Notes under the pieces: model-generated
Databases searched by the model: none
Seen by the model: the letters and a program-made list of their open reading frames with translations, nothing else
What the model was told of the DNA's origin: nothing
Program-made: the position numbers and the translations under genes
Origin: an uncultured delta proteobacterium
Lineage (GTDB): Bacteria > Desulfobacterota > Binatia > Binatales > Binataceae
Assembly: GCA_963808235.1 (NCBI GenBank)
Contig: CAWEEQ010000004.1
Location: 781,084-845,083, forward strand
DNA length: 64,000 nucleotides
Reading direction: 5' to 3'
In this document: in pieces, positions 38,942 to 48,872 of the stretch
How positions within the stretch are numbered: the first letter of the stretch is position 1
How the letters are laid out: each line of letters starts with the position of its first letter

Positions 38942-40078
38942 ATGCCAATCAAATTTTTGGACCTCGCGGCACAGAACCGCGAAATCATGCCACAAGTCGA
39001 GCGCGGCTTCGCGGAAATCCACGAGAAGACTTCGTACGTTGGAGGCCCACAGGTGGCGGCGTTCGAAGAGGAATTTGCGAACTTCCTGGGCGCCCGCCAG
39101 GTGATCAGCGTGGCGAGCGGGACCGACGCGCTAAGACTCGCGCTGCTCGCGATCGGAATCGGGCCGGGCGACGAAGTGATCACGACTCCGATGACGTTCA
39201 TCGCGACTGCCGAAGCGATCGTGCAGACCGGCGCGCGGCCCTCGTTTGTGGATATCGATCCGAACACCGGAAATATGAGTGTTCCGGAAATCTCGCGCTA
39301 CCTCGAGCGGGGACGCTTCACAGCGCCCAACGGCCCGCGCGCGATCGTCCCGGTTCATCTCTACGGAATGCCGGCGCCGATGATCGAAATGCGCGATCTC
39401 GCGCAGGCGTGCAACCTTAAACTGATCGAGGACGCATGCCAGGCGCATGGCGCGCGCATCACTCACGACGGCCAATCGCAATATGCCGGCACGATCGGCG
39501 CGGCCGGTTGCTTCAGTTTTTATCCCGGTAAGAATCTGGGCGCGTGGGGCGAAGGCGGGGCCGTGGCGACCAATGACGAGGAGCTGGCGGCGCAGATCCG
39601 TACGTTACGCGACCACGGACGCCTTTCGCACTACGCGCACAGTGCATATGGATACAATGCGCGGCTCGACACGATGCAGGCGGCGGTACTCCGTCCGAAG
39701 CTCGAGCGCCTGGCGGAGTGGAATGCACGACGCCGGCACTTCGCGGCGCTTTATCGTGAAACTCTGCCTCACGAGGTGGAGCTGCTGTCCGAGCCCGAGG
39801 GTATCGAGTCGTGCTACCACCTGTTCGTCATCCGCAGCGAGCGGCGAGACGCGATCAGAACCGCGCTGCTGCAAAACCAGATCGAGTGCGGGATCCATTA
39901 CCCGGTTCCGCTTCATCTACAGCCGGCATGCCGCGACCTCGGATATGCGCAAGGAGATTTTCCGCACGCCGAGACGATGGCTGACACCGTGCTGTCATTG
40001 CCGATGCATCCCTTTCTGACCGAGCGCGAAGTTAAGACGGTCAGCCAGGCAGTCAAGCGCGCATTAACCACAGGTTGA
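38942..40078 (+). CDS. DegT/DnrJ/EryC1/StrS family PLP-dependent sugar aminotransferase (WbpE-like)
   Basis: SGTDAL, PGDEVI, CFSFYPGKNLGAWGEGG (PLP lysine region). Confidence 0.8.
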   Translation: MPIKFLDLAAQNREIMPQVERGFAEIHEKTSYVGGPQVAAFEEEFANFLGARQVISVASGTDALRLALLAIGIGPGDEVITTPMTFIATAEAIVQTGARPSFVDIDPNTGNMSVPEISRYLERGRFTAPNGPRAIVPVHLYGMPAPMIEMRDLAQACNLKLIEDACQAHGARITHDGQSQYAGTIGAAGCFSFYPGKNLGAWGEGGAVATNDEELAAQIRTLRDHGRLSHYAHSAYGYNARLDTMQAAVLRPKLERLAEWNARRRHFAALYRETLPHEVELLSEPEGIESCYHLFVIRSERRDAIRTALLQNQIECGIHYPVPLHLQPACRDLGYAQGDFPHAETMADTVLSLPMHPFLTEREVKTVSQAVKRALTTG

Positions 40079-40085
40079 TAATGTT

Positions 40086-41600
40086 GTGTTAGGCGGGGAA
40101 TTACAGCGTCAGAAGGCGCTACTTGCGGCCACCGACGCGCTAGCAGTCGTCGGCGCGTGTGCACTGTCGCAAGCCATCAGGAACCACGATTTATACCCCC
40201 TGGACCCAGGCAACTGGGGCGAGGCGCTGGCGGGCATGGCGATGCTGGGTGTGATCTGGATACTGGTCGCGCGCGCGGTCGGGCTGTATCGAAACGGGCG
40301 GCGGCACGAAGTCAAGTCGATCGTGAAGGCGAGTTGCGCGGCGTGGTTCACGATGGTGTCGATCAGCTTTTTCCTGCATCTGGCGCCATCGCGGCTGGTG
40401 GTAGGCATCGGACTGGCGCTGACGATTGGTTTTGTCGTAACGGCGCGGATGCTGGTCCGCCGCTGCATCAAGTTTTTTTATTCGCGCCCCGAGTTCGCGG
40501 TGCCGCTGGTCATCGTTGGGGTCAATTCGTTCGGTGTTTACCTGCGTGATCGAATCAAGGAAGAGCTCACGCAGTACGAATTCCTGGGCTTTGTAGATGA
40601 AAACCCGGTCCCGCTCGCATCCAACGGTGTGAACGGGCACAGCGGCACCAACGGACACGACGACGCGAATCGGCACAACGGGCATTCCAAAACGAACGGA
40701 CATTTTGGATCGACCGGGCTCGCCACTCCGGCGCCGGTAATCGGAAGCCTCGAACGCATCGCGAGTCTCGCAATCGTACATCCCAACCTTGAGGCGGTGA
40801 TAGTTCTTCCCGAGCGCGACCACAGCCAGGTCGAGCGTATCATTAAGCTTTGCGAGCGTTATCGAGTTCGCTGGCGGATGATGCCGCGAGTTGCGGAATC
40901 GATGGCTCTGACGGTGGAGATGGTCGGCGCGATTCCGCTGATTGGGCCTCCGGGATCGAACATCGAAGGGCTCAACTGCGTGGTAAAGCGCGGCTTCGAT
41001 GTCGTGGTGGCGAGCCTCCTGCTGCTGCTTGCGTCGCCGCTCTTGATGTTCGCGGCGATTGCGATCTGGCTCACCGACGGACATCCGTTGCTGTTTCGCC
41101 AGACCAGGGTCGGTATCCACGGCACGCCGTTCGAACTGCTGAAATTTCGCACGATGCGCACCGAGTGCTCCGACACGGTGCATCGCGAGTACGTCAAAGA
41201 ATGGATTCAGCGCAATGCGGCCGAGGGGTCGGAGCCCAACGGCGCCAAGGTTTATAAGATCGGCAGCGATCCGCGGATTACGCCGATCGGACGATGGCTG
41301 CGGCGCTTCAGCATCGACGAGCTGCCGCAACTGATCAACGTCCTTTACGGGAACATGAGTCTCATCGGACCGCGGCCCGCGATGCCGTACGAGCTCGAGC
41401 TGTACCAGGAATGGCATCGGCATCGGCTCGACGCGCCGCCGGGAATCACCGGGCTGTGGCAGGTCAGCGGACGCAATCGTCTGTCGTTCGACGAAATGGT
41501 GCAGCTCGACATCGAATATATCGAAGACTGGTCGCTCGCGGGCGACATGGGAATCCTGCTGCGGACGCTGCCCGCGATGCTGCAAGGGAATGGAATGTGA
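40086..41600 (+). CDS. polyprenyl-phosphate glycosyl-1-phosphate transferase (WbaP/EpsB-like initiating sugar transferase)
   Basis: N-terminal TM block. C-terminal Bac_transf domain (RFDVVVASLLL..., DELPQLINVLYGNMSLIGPRP). Confidence 0.8.
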   Translation: MLGGELQRQKALLAATDALAVVGACALSQAIRNHDLYPLDPGNWGEALAGMAMLGVIWILVARAVGLYRNGRRHEVKSIVKASCAAWFTMVSISFFLHLAPSRLVVGIGLALTIGFVVTARMLVRRCIKFFYSRPEFAVPLVIVGVNSFGVYLRDRIKEELTQYEFLGFVDENPVPLASNGVNGHSGTNGHDDANRHNGHSKTNGHFGSTGLATPAPVIGSLERIASLAIVHPNLEAVIVLPERDHSQVERIIKLCERYRVRWRMMPRVAESMALTVEMVGAIPLIGPPGSNIEGLNCVVKRGFDVVVASLLLLLASPLLMFAAIAIWLTDGHPLLFRQTRVGIHGTPFELLKFRTMRTECSDTVHREYVKEWIQRNAAEGSEPNGAKVYKIGSDPRITPIGRWLRRFSIDELPQLINVLYGNMSLIGPRPAMPYELELYQEWHRHRLDAPPGITGLWQVSGRNRLSFDEMVQLDIEYIEDWSLAGDMGILLRTLPAMLQGNGM

Positions 41601-43114
41601 TGGCGGCGCCGGGTGACATCAGCTCCGTAGCGAACGTCGAGGGTTGGCATTCGCCGGCCTTCGCGCGGGGCGTGCGTGACAACGTTATTGGCGAGGTCGG
41701 TCTGCAGGCAGTGCGGATCGGCGGATTGGTGGTGCTCGCGCGCGCGCTGGCGCCTTCGGACTTCGGACTGTTCAGAGTCCTGATCACGATTAGCGCAATC
41801 ATAATGATGGTCAATGATTTGGCGATGCCCGACACGCTCGTGCAGCGCCAGGAGCTCAGCAGCGCGCACGAGAGCTCTGCGTGGTGGGCGACGATCGCGG
41901 TATCGGCGTTGAGCTGCGCGGTGATCTACCTGGTCGCACCGTTGATTGCGCAAGCGATGGCGATGCCGACGATTACGGGCGCGCTGCGCCTGCTATGCAT
42001 CCCGATTCTGCTCGAAGGCTCGGTGACCGTACCGATCGCGAGGCTCACGCGCAAATTGCAATTCCGCACCCTTGCGATCGCCGAGGTCGTTGGCGAGCTG
42101 GCGTTCCTGGGCGTTGCGATCGCGCTGCTCGTGATGGGTCATCCTAGACTGAGCCTGGTCGGTGGCCTGTGTGCGCGGATGGGCGCGCATGCACTGCTTC
42201 TCTGGTGCGCTGAGCCGTACATCCCGCGAGTAGGACCAAGCCGCAAGGCGCTGCTCGAGCTGCGAGGCTTCGCGAGTGGCGCGATGGGCGGCCAAATCTT
42301 TCACGCGATTTCCTGCAACATCGACTACCTGCTGGTGGGACGCACGCTCGGAAGTTCCGCGCTTGGGTTTTACGGGATGGCGTGGGACCTGCTTCGTTTC
42401 GTTCCCGACCGGCTCTACAAAATCGCTGGCCGCGTGACGGTTCCCGCGTTCGCCCGCATGCAACATCAGCCCGAGCAACTGCGGCGCGCCTACTTGAGCT
42501 TTCTCGATTACATGTGCCGGCTGATCGTGCCGCCGCTCGTATGTATTGCGATCGCGGCGCCCGAACTGTTGCGCCAGATTTACGGACCGCAGTGGATTGC
42601 GGCCGCGCTTCCGCTGCGCATCCTGAGCTTCGGAATAATTACTATCGGGCTACGTTCGGGAATGGGCGCGGTTTTCTATTCGCTGGGACGCCCGGTATTC
42701 GAAATGTATCTGTATGCTATCCGATTCGTGCTGATCGCAGTAGCGGTGTTGGTCTCGGCATCGAGTGGATTGCTGTGGGTCTGCGCCGCTGTCAGCGCGG
42801 TCGAGGGCGCGTGCACCGTTATCGGCCAGCTGGCCGCATGCCGCCTGCTGGACGTCGGCCTCGTAAAAGTATCGCGCGCGCTCATTTCCGGATTCACGAC
42901 TGCGGCAGGCTGCGCGGCTGCGACCGTAGGCGGCAGAATGCTGGCGAACAATCTCGGTATCGGCGGCCTGTTGGAACTGTCGATGATGGTTGCGCTTCCG
43001 GCGCTCGCGTTCCTTCTAATCGAAGCTCGCACCGTTCGCGAGATGCTCAGCAGCGCGCTCGGCTCCGTAAGCGTCGACAGTCCACTTCCCGAAACCGGCC
43101 AGGAGCGGGCCTAG
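41600..43114 (+). CDS. oligosaccharide flippase (Wzx-like, MOP superfamily)
   Basis: About 12-14 TM helices. Polysacc_synt-like N-terminus. Start overlaps the upstream stop (ATGTGATG). Confidence 0.7.
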   Translation: MAAPGDISSVANVEGWHSPAFARGVRDNVIGEVGLQAVRIGGLVVLARALAPSDFGLFRVLITISAIIMMVNDLAMPDTLVQRQELSSAHESSAWWATIAVSALSCAVIYLVAPLIAQAMAMPTITGALRLLCIPILLEGSVTVPIARLTRKLQFRTLAIAEVVGELAFLGVAIALLVMGHPRLSLVGGLCARMGAHALLLWCAEPYIPRVGPSRKALLELRGFASGAMGGQIFHAISCNIDYLLVGRTLGSSALGFYGMAWDLLRFVPDRLYKIAGRVTVPAFARMQHQPEQLRRAYLSFLDYMCRLIVPPLVCIAIAAPELLRQIYGPQWIAAALPLRILSFGIITIGLRSGMGAVFYSLGRPVFEMYLYAIRFVLIAVAVLVSASSGLLWVCAAVSAVEGACTVIGQLAACRLLDVGLVKVSRALISGFTTAAGCAAATVGGRMLANNLGIGGLLELSMMVALPALAFLLIEARTVREMLSSALGSVSVDSPLPETGQERA

Positions 43115-43115
43115 C

Positions 43116-44291
43116 ATGGCGCGAGTACTAATAATCGCGTACACGGCCTACGCGCGCGACGGACGCGTCAAGCGGCAGGCCGAAGCATTGACCAGCCGCG
43201 GCGATCGGGTTGACGCGATCTGCCTTGCCGACGGCAATGTCGCCGACACGCACGGAGTCAACGTCACCGGACTCAGGCTTCCGCGCTATCGTGGCGCAAG
43301 CAGAATTAACTACCTGCGAAGCTATATAAACTTCTTCGCCCGCGCGGCTGCGCTTGCGGTTCGACGCAGCATGAAGGAGCGCTACGATATAGTGATCGCC
43401 TGTACGATGCCCGATGCGGCAATACTAAGTGCATTACCATGTCGGTTGTTTGGATCGAAGTTAGTACTCGATGTCCACGATACCATGCCGGAGCTGTATC
43501 TCGACAAGTTTGGCGGCCGGCTGGGGCGAATCGGCGCGCGGATGCTGATGCTTCAGGAGCGCTTGAGCGCGCGACTCGCGGACCAGGTGCTGGCAGTGCA
43601 CGATTTGCACGCTGAACGCCTGCATCAATCCGGGATACCGGAACGCAAGCTGGTGGTGATTACCAACTCGCCCGATCCGCGAATTTTCCCGGTCGCGGAT
43701 TCGAATCAGCCGCGCCGAATCCGGCCGAACGATGAACCATTTTCGATCATCTGCCATGGAACAATTACCCGCAGGCTCGGGCTGGATACTGCTCTGGCGG
43801 CGTTAGCCCTGCTGCACGAGCGATTTCCTCTCATCCGGCTCAAGGTTATAGGCGCCGGCGATCATTTGAACGAGGTCAAGACTCTCAGCCGGCAACTCGG
43901 CGTCGAGTCCGCGGTCAGTTTCGAACCTCCAGTTCCGATTCAGGAACTGGCCTGCAAAATCGGCGAGGCTCACGTCGGACTGGTTCCCAACCATGCCTCG
44001 AGCGCGACGCATCTGATGCTGCCGGTCAAGCTGCTTGAATATGTGGCGGTCGGAATCCCGGTGATATGTGCTCGTTTACGAACCGTCGAGCATTACTTCG
44101 ACGAAAGATCGGTGCGTTATTTTTCTCCGAACAACGCATCGCAACTGGCGCACGCGATCGAGGATTTGTACCTCGATCCGGCGCTACGAGATAGCCTTTC
44201 GAATTCCGCGGCAAAAGTGGTTAAGAGCTTCAGCTGGCCCGTCCATAGCCAGCGCTTCTGCAATGCGGTCGATTCGCTACTCAACGTTTAG
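43116..44291 (+). CDS. glycosyltransferase family 4 (GT-B)
   Basis: C-terminal E-x7-E region (KLLEYVAVGIPVICARL). 391 aa. Confidence 0.75.
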   Translation: MARVLIIAYTAYARDGRVKRQAEALTSRGDRVDAICLADGNVADTHGVNVTGLRLPRYRGASRINYLRSYINFFARAAALAVRRSMKERYDIVIACTMPDAAILSALPCRLFGSKLVLDVHDTMPELYLDKFGGRLGRIGARMLMLQERLSARLADQVLAVHDLHAERLHQSGIPERKLVVITNSPDPRIFPVADSNQPRRIRPNDEPFSIICHGTITRRLGLDTALAALALLHERFPLIRLKVIGAGDHLNEVKTLSRQLGVESAVSFEPPVPIQELACKIGEAHVGLVPNHASSATHLMLPVKLLEYVAVGIPVICARLRTVEHYFDERSVRYFSPNNASQLAHAIEDLYLDPALRDSLSNSAAKVVKSFSWPVHSQRFCNAVDSLLNV

Positions 44292-44304
44292 GAGGAGTTA
44301 TCAA

Positions 44305-45120
44305 GTGCGCAGCGCAATACCATTGGTAGTAGGCTTGGGCGAAGTCGGAAGCGCCTTGTCGCAAGTGCTGAAGGGCGACGGCCGGCGCATCCTCGAGCAC
44401 GACATCGAAAGACGCGAGTTCGACGAACCGATCAGCGTGATGCATCTGTGTTTTCCATTCACCCGGCAGGATGCTTTCGAAGCTATCGCGCTTTCCTATA
44501 TCAAGCGGTTCAAGCCGGAACTGACTATCATCAACAGCACTGTAGTTCCCGGAACCAGCCGGTCGATAGCTGAAAAAGCGTCGGCGCCGGTTGCCTATAG
44601 TCCGGTGCGCGGCAAACACATCCGAATGGCGCAGGACCTGCTGAAGTACCGCAAGTTCGTCGCTGGCACCGATGATGAGACCACGAATCGAGCTGTCGAG
44701 CATTTTCGCGAAGCCGGAATGACTACTCAGTGCATTAGCAAGTTGGAGACTCTCGAGCTTGCCAAGCTCGGTGAGACTACCTACTTCGGCGTGCTGATCG
44801 CCTTCGCACAGGAGCTCAACCGTTACGCTAATCGGGTCGATGCTGACTATGTGGAAGCGCTGGACCTGTTCGAGGAAGTCGATTTTCTGCCGCCCACGAA
44901 ATACTACCCGGGCTTCATCGGCGGTCACTGTGTGATTCCAAATATACAATTGCTGCGCACGATTGCGTCGTCGCCACTGCTCGAGGCGGTCCTCGAATCC
45001 AACCGGATGCGCGCGGGCGAGTTGGCCAACGAAGCCAAGATGGCCCTCACGCCCGAACTCAAGCCGGGCGCTGCCGCCAACGGACACAAAACGGAGTCGC
45101 AGGCTCAGCTGCGTCGCTGA
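44305..45120 (+). CDS. nucleotide-sugar dehydrogenase-like protein, short form (UDP-glucose/GDP-mannose dehydrogenase family N-terminal and central domains)
   Basis: GGAGG RBS with GTG start. Rossmann VVGLGEVGSAL. Catalytic-Cys-like GFIGGHCV. Only about 272 aa, lacking the usual C-terminal UDP-binding domain. Confidence 0.5.
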   Translation: MRSAIPLVVGLGEVGSALSQVLKGDGRRILEHDIERREFDEPISVMHLCFPFTRQDAFEAIALSYIKRFKPELTIINSTVVPGTSRSIAEKASAPVAYSPVRGKHIRMAQDLLKYRKFVAGTDDETTNRAVEHFREAGMTTQCISKLETLELAKLGETTYFGVLIAFAQELNRYANRVDADYVEALDLFEEVDFLPPTKYYPGFIGGHCVIPNIQLLRTIASSPLLEAVLESNRMRAGELANEAKMALTPELKPGAAANGHKTESQAQLRR

Positions 45121-45139
45121 CGGCAGCCAAGAAGTGAAA

Positions 45140-46570
45140 ATGGAACTCGTGCAGACAGCCAGAGTATCCAAACCGCCGGCCGCCGCGATGCTGGCCGGTG
45201 TGGCGGGGCTTGGCCTGCTCGGCTTGCTGATGCTCAACTATCCGAGCCTCGCGGCCGGCGCGGTGGTCCTTGCCGGCGGAGTCGCGGTCATTTGGGCGGC
45301 CCAGATGGTGCAGGGCAACACTGGCTACCTGCTTTGCTCGCTCCTGGTTATTGAAGAGCTGAGCGGGGCAAACTTTATCCCGCTCACACCCGATCAGCTC
45401 TACCTGGTCCGTTATCCATTGCTGGTTGCATTTTGCGGAGCCTCCGTGTGGAAGGCGCTCCATGACAAAGAGATATGGCGGGGCGGATTCCTTGATTACC
45501 TGATCTATCTTGGTTTTGGCGTTATAAGTATTTCCTATTCACTATTGCCTGGCTATTCGACCGCCAGGATTGCAGCTGCAATTCTGATGTTCATGACGAT
45601 AGTCAGAATTGCCCAAGCAGTAGCTAATCGCGAAGATATCGAGAAGCTACTCAATTGGTATCTGATCGGAACCGGAATCGTCTGGCTGGTGATACTGATC
45701 TGCTCGCTGACCATGTCTTACGATCTGATCTGGGACGTGGAAGACATGACCGGCATTGTTCGCCTGCGCGGCATCTACGGTTCTCCGAATCTGATTGGCG
45801 AAATCGCACTCCCCACCATGGGCGTGGCGGCGGTCATGTGGAACTCGGCCAGCGGATGGAAACGGGCGCTGCTCGCCGCGGAGATAATGCTGGCGGTCAC
45901 GCTCGCGATGCTGGCCGATTCGCGATCGCCATTCATCGGTTTCGGACTCGGCGGGCTCCTCTATTTGATTTGGAGATACCGGTTCCGCGCGGTGCCGATC
46001 ATTCTCGCGCTCGGAGTGGTGGGCTTCGGCCTAATTAGTCAGCTCAATCCCGAGTATCTCAGTCGTGGCGACGTTACCAGTCTCACCGGACGCACCGACA
46101 TCTGGAAGTTTGCGATCGAGAAAATCGAGCAACGTCCGCTGATCGGATATGGCTTCGAGGTCGAAGGCGAAATCATGAAGGCCCACGACTTTCCGATCTG
46201 GTGGGGACCGTGGGAGGAAGGCCCGCGCAGTTCCATCCACAGTGATTATCTGTCGAAGGCGGTCAGCCTCGGCGTCCCGGCGCTGATATTTTGGGTATTT
46301 TTCATCATCCGTCCGTGGCTCGCGCTGCTCCGGCGCAAGGACGATCCGTGGAATCTGAAACCGCTCTTGTTTCTCGTTGTCATTCCGATCCTGATTCTAG
46401 ATTTCACTGAGGCCACCGGCGACTGCCGTTATGCAGTAGGGACGATCGCGACGCTTGGTTGGGCGCTGGCGGAAAGGCAACGACTCGCGAACTTGCGCCG
46501 CCGTCCCGCGGCGCTCCAGCCGGCAGAGCCGATCAACCCGGCGACACCGCTGCTGCGGCGAGTAGGTTAA
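45140..46570 (+). CDS. O-antigen ligase/polymerase-like membrane protein (Wzy_C domain)
   Basis: Multiple TM helices. Wzy_C-like periplasmic loop (LLAAEIMLAVTLAMLADSRSP). 476 aa from ATG 45140. Confidence 0.7.
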   Translation: MELVQTARVSKPPAAAMLAGVAGLGLLGLLMLNYPSLAAGAVVLAGGVAVIWAAQMVQGNTGYLLCSLLVIEELSGANFIPLTPDQLYLVRYPLLVAFCGASVWKALHDKEIWRGGFLDYLIYLGFGVISISYSLLPGYSTARIAAAILMFMTIVRIAQAVANREDIEKLLNWYLIGTGIVWLVILICSLTMSYDLIWDVEDMTGIVRLRGIYGSPNLIGEIALPTMGVAAVMWNSASGWKRALLAAEIMLAVTLAMLADSRSPFIGFGLGGLLYLIWRYRFRAVPIILALGVVGFGLISQLNPEYLSRGDVTSLTGRTDIWKFAIEKIEQRPLIGYGFEVEGEIMKAHDFPIWWGPWEEGPRSSIHSDYLSKAVSLGVPALIFWVFFIIRPWLALLRRKDDPWNLKPLLFLVVIPILILDFTEATGDCRYAVGTIATLGWALAERQRLANLRRRPAALQPAEPINPATPLLRRVG

Positions 46571-46584
46571 CGGATGTGGGCGAC

Positions 46585-47385
46585 ATGAGGCAGAGGACTA
46601 ATAATCTTCCGATACTGATGTATCACGCGATCTGGTCGGGCGCGGACGGTGCGATCCCCAGGACGTCGAGCATCGAGCACGCTGTAAAGGATCGTGACTT
46701 CCGCGCGCAACTCGATGCGATCGTCAGTGGCGCGTTTCACACCATCAAGCTCGCCGACCTCGAGCATCCGGTTGATGCGCCGAAGCCGCTGTTGATCACC
46801 TTCGATGACGGCCATGAAAGCGACTTCACCATCGCCGCGCCCGAGCTCGCGCGGCGAAATCTGCACGCAATCTTTTTTGTCGTATGGTCCTACCTCGGAC
46901 AGCCCGGCTATCTGAGTCGAGAACAAGTGCTCGCGTTGCGTGAGCAAGGATTCGAAATCGGTTCGCATGGACTGACCCACGTCCCGCTCAGCAAGATAAG
47001 TCCGGCGCAAGCGTCGAACGAAATCCTCGAATCGAAGCACAGACTGGAAGACTTGCTCCAGCAGCCAATCGCAGGGCTTGCGCTTCCGTTCGGCCATTAC
47101 AACGATGCGGTGCTGAAAGCCGCGTGGGCCGCCGGCTATCGCCGGGTGATGACCTCGGACTTCAGGATTGCCAATCGGGAGCATCGGATCATGCCGCGGA
47201 TGGGACCGATGGCTGAGCATACGCTGGAGGATTTCAAGTGGATGCTCGAAGCGAGTCGTGCAGCCGCGATTCGTCATCGCACGATTGAGGCGATTGGTGA
47301 GCGGTTGAAACGCTTTATCAGCTATGGAGAGGCGCTGCTGATGCGCGCCCAGAATGGGGAGGTTCTAGCCAAGCCCGAGAAATAG
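46585..47385 (+). CDS. polysaccharide deacetylase family protein (NodB homology domain)
   Basis: TFDDGH, GSHGLTH motifs. 266 aa from ATG 46585. Confidence 0.8.
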   Translation: MRQRTNNLPILMYHAIWSGADGAIPRTSSIEHAVKDRDFRAQLDAIVSGAFHTIKLADLEHPVDAPKPLLITFDDGHESDFTIAAPELARRNLHAIFFVVWSYLGQPGYLSREQVLALREQGFEIGSHGLTHVPLSKISPAQASNEILESKHRLEDLLQQPIAGLALPFGHYNDAVLKAAWAAGYRRVMTSDFRIANREHRIMPRMGPMAEHTLEDFKWMLEASRAAAIRHRTIEAIGERLKRFISYGEALLMRAQNGEVLAKPEK

Positions 47386-47410
47386 TCGGCGCTGACTGAA
47401 AACAAATAAA

Positions 47411-48277
47411 ATGCGTGAACACGAAATGGCCGAATTCTTTCGAGCGCTGGGGCACAAGATCGTCCAGACCCGGAGCTGTTTCTGGTACAGCTCGCAGCGC
47501 TTCCTCTACAAGAACCTGCCGATTCATCGCAACGTCGACCCCTCGCAGTCCGAACTCGCCAAGGTGATGTTCCGCGGGACCGCATTGGCAATTCGTTATC
47601 CGGAAACCGCCGGCGAATCGACCCCGGACGGCGGGATTTACGTTTGCGCGGACCGGAATTACGACTTCGCGTCGCTTACCGCCAATGCTCGCAGCCATAC
47701 CCGGCGTGGACTTGCGCGCAACATCGTCGAACAGGTCGATTTCAATGATCTCGCGAACAAGGCTTACCCGCTAATCCAGGAAACCAACCTGCGCCAGACC
47801 GGAAAACAGCCGATGCGCAGCGAGTCGCATTGGAGATCGTTTTGCGAACTCTCACGCCGAACGCCCGGGCTGGAGGCTTGGGCCGCGTTCGTTGACGGTG
47901 AGCTGGCCGCGTTTATCGTCGCGATGATGGCCGAGGATTGTTACTACCTTCACCTGCAAAAGAGCGCGTCGGCCCTGCTCAAGCACTATTCCAACAACGC
48001 CTTGCTGTTCACCGTGATGAAAGCGGCGCTCGCACGTCCCGAAGTCGGCTGGGTTTCCAACGGACAGATCGCGCTGGCCGCGAAAGAGGGTCTTTACCAT
48101 TTCAAGACCAGCATGGGCTTCGACATCCATCCGTTTAAAGAGCGGCTGGTTTTCAATCCGCTGATCAAGCCTGGTCTGTGGGCGGGCAGGGCGCTGACCA
48201 GCCGGCTCACGAAGGTCAATCCGGAAAATCTTTTCTGGCGGAGAGCTTCACGGGCATTCGACCTGGCGGGGGATTGA
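47411..48277 (+). CDS. FemAB-like / GNAT-fold acyltransferase associated with EPS loci
   Basis: 288 aa. Pattern matches the FemAB-related family seen in PEP-CTERM EPS loci (from memory). Acyl-CoA N-acyltransferase fold in the C-terminal half. Confidence 0.55.
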   Translation: MREHEMAEFFRALGHKIVQTRSCFWYSSQRFLYKNLPIHRNVDPSQSELAKVMFRGTALAIRYPETAGESTPDGGIYVCADRNYDFASLTANARSHTRRGLARNIVEQVDFNDLANKAYPLIQETNLRQTGKQPMRSESHWRSFCELSRRTPGLEAWAAFVDGELAAFIVAMMAEDCYYLHLQKSASALLKHYSNNALLFTVMKAALARPEVGWVSNGQIALAAKEGLYHFKTSMGFDIHPFKERLVFNPLIKPGLWAGRALTSRLTKVNPENLFWRRASRAFDLAGD

Positions 48278-48439
48278 GGGCCAGTGAAGACGCATCAAAT
48301 GTCACTGGAAGGTTTGCTCGGAGTCGACGAGACGCAACACGGCCCCTGCAGGAATAGGGCGTTCGGATCAGGCACCGGTATCGTCGGTTGTGAAGGGCCC
48401 TGTATCGGAAATTATCTGAGTCCGGAGGGAACTGGCAGA

Positions 48440-48715
48440 TCAGGCTTCGACTTCCGCGGGCAGGTCTCGAAGGCATTTGCCGCAAAGCGCGTAGCACTCT
48501 TCCGGATCATCGCTCATGGCAAGAATTGCTACCACCCACGAATTGAGATCCGCGCACCGATGACAAACGAGCAAGCCACCTTCGGATCGAATCTTGAACC
48601 AGCACTCGGCGATTGTCACCGGATCTTCGATCAATTCGACGCGTACGCAACTGTCTTCAGGTTCCAAGGACGGTTCCATGACTTCTGGTGCTACGAATTT
48701 GGTGCGGCTGTTCAT
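48440..48715 (-). CDS. small Cys4 zinc-ribbon protein, hypothetical (strand assignment uncertain)
   Basis: CHRC..x20..CGKC motif. GAGGGG RBS before the ATG at 48715. An overlapping plus-strand ORF (48284-48721) cannot be excluded. Confidence 0.3.
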   Translation of the reverse strand: MNSRTKFVAPEVMEPSLEPEDSCVRVELIEDPVTIAECWFKIRSEGGLLVCHRCADLNSWVVAILAMSDDPEECYALCGKCLRDLPAEVEA

Positions 48716-48872
48716 AGTTAAACCCCTCAGCAAGGTCGCATCGAGCCCTAATCGAGCAACCATCATGCCAGTCAACCGCTTCCTTTCGCCCCGATTAAGG
48801 ACGGCAATTTGATAAGGATTGTGGGCATTGGGAAGGAAATGCCCGGTCGGCGCCAATTCGGGAGGTTTGTCG

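Noticed and set aside
40191-41585. 464-aa minus-strand ORF antisense to the priming sugar transferase
   Set aside because: Arg/His/Pro/Asp-rich nonsense composition. The plus strand has unambiguous Bac_transf motifs and fits the operon.
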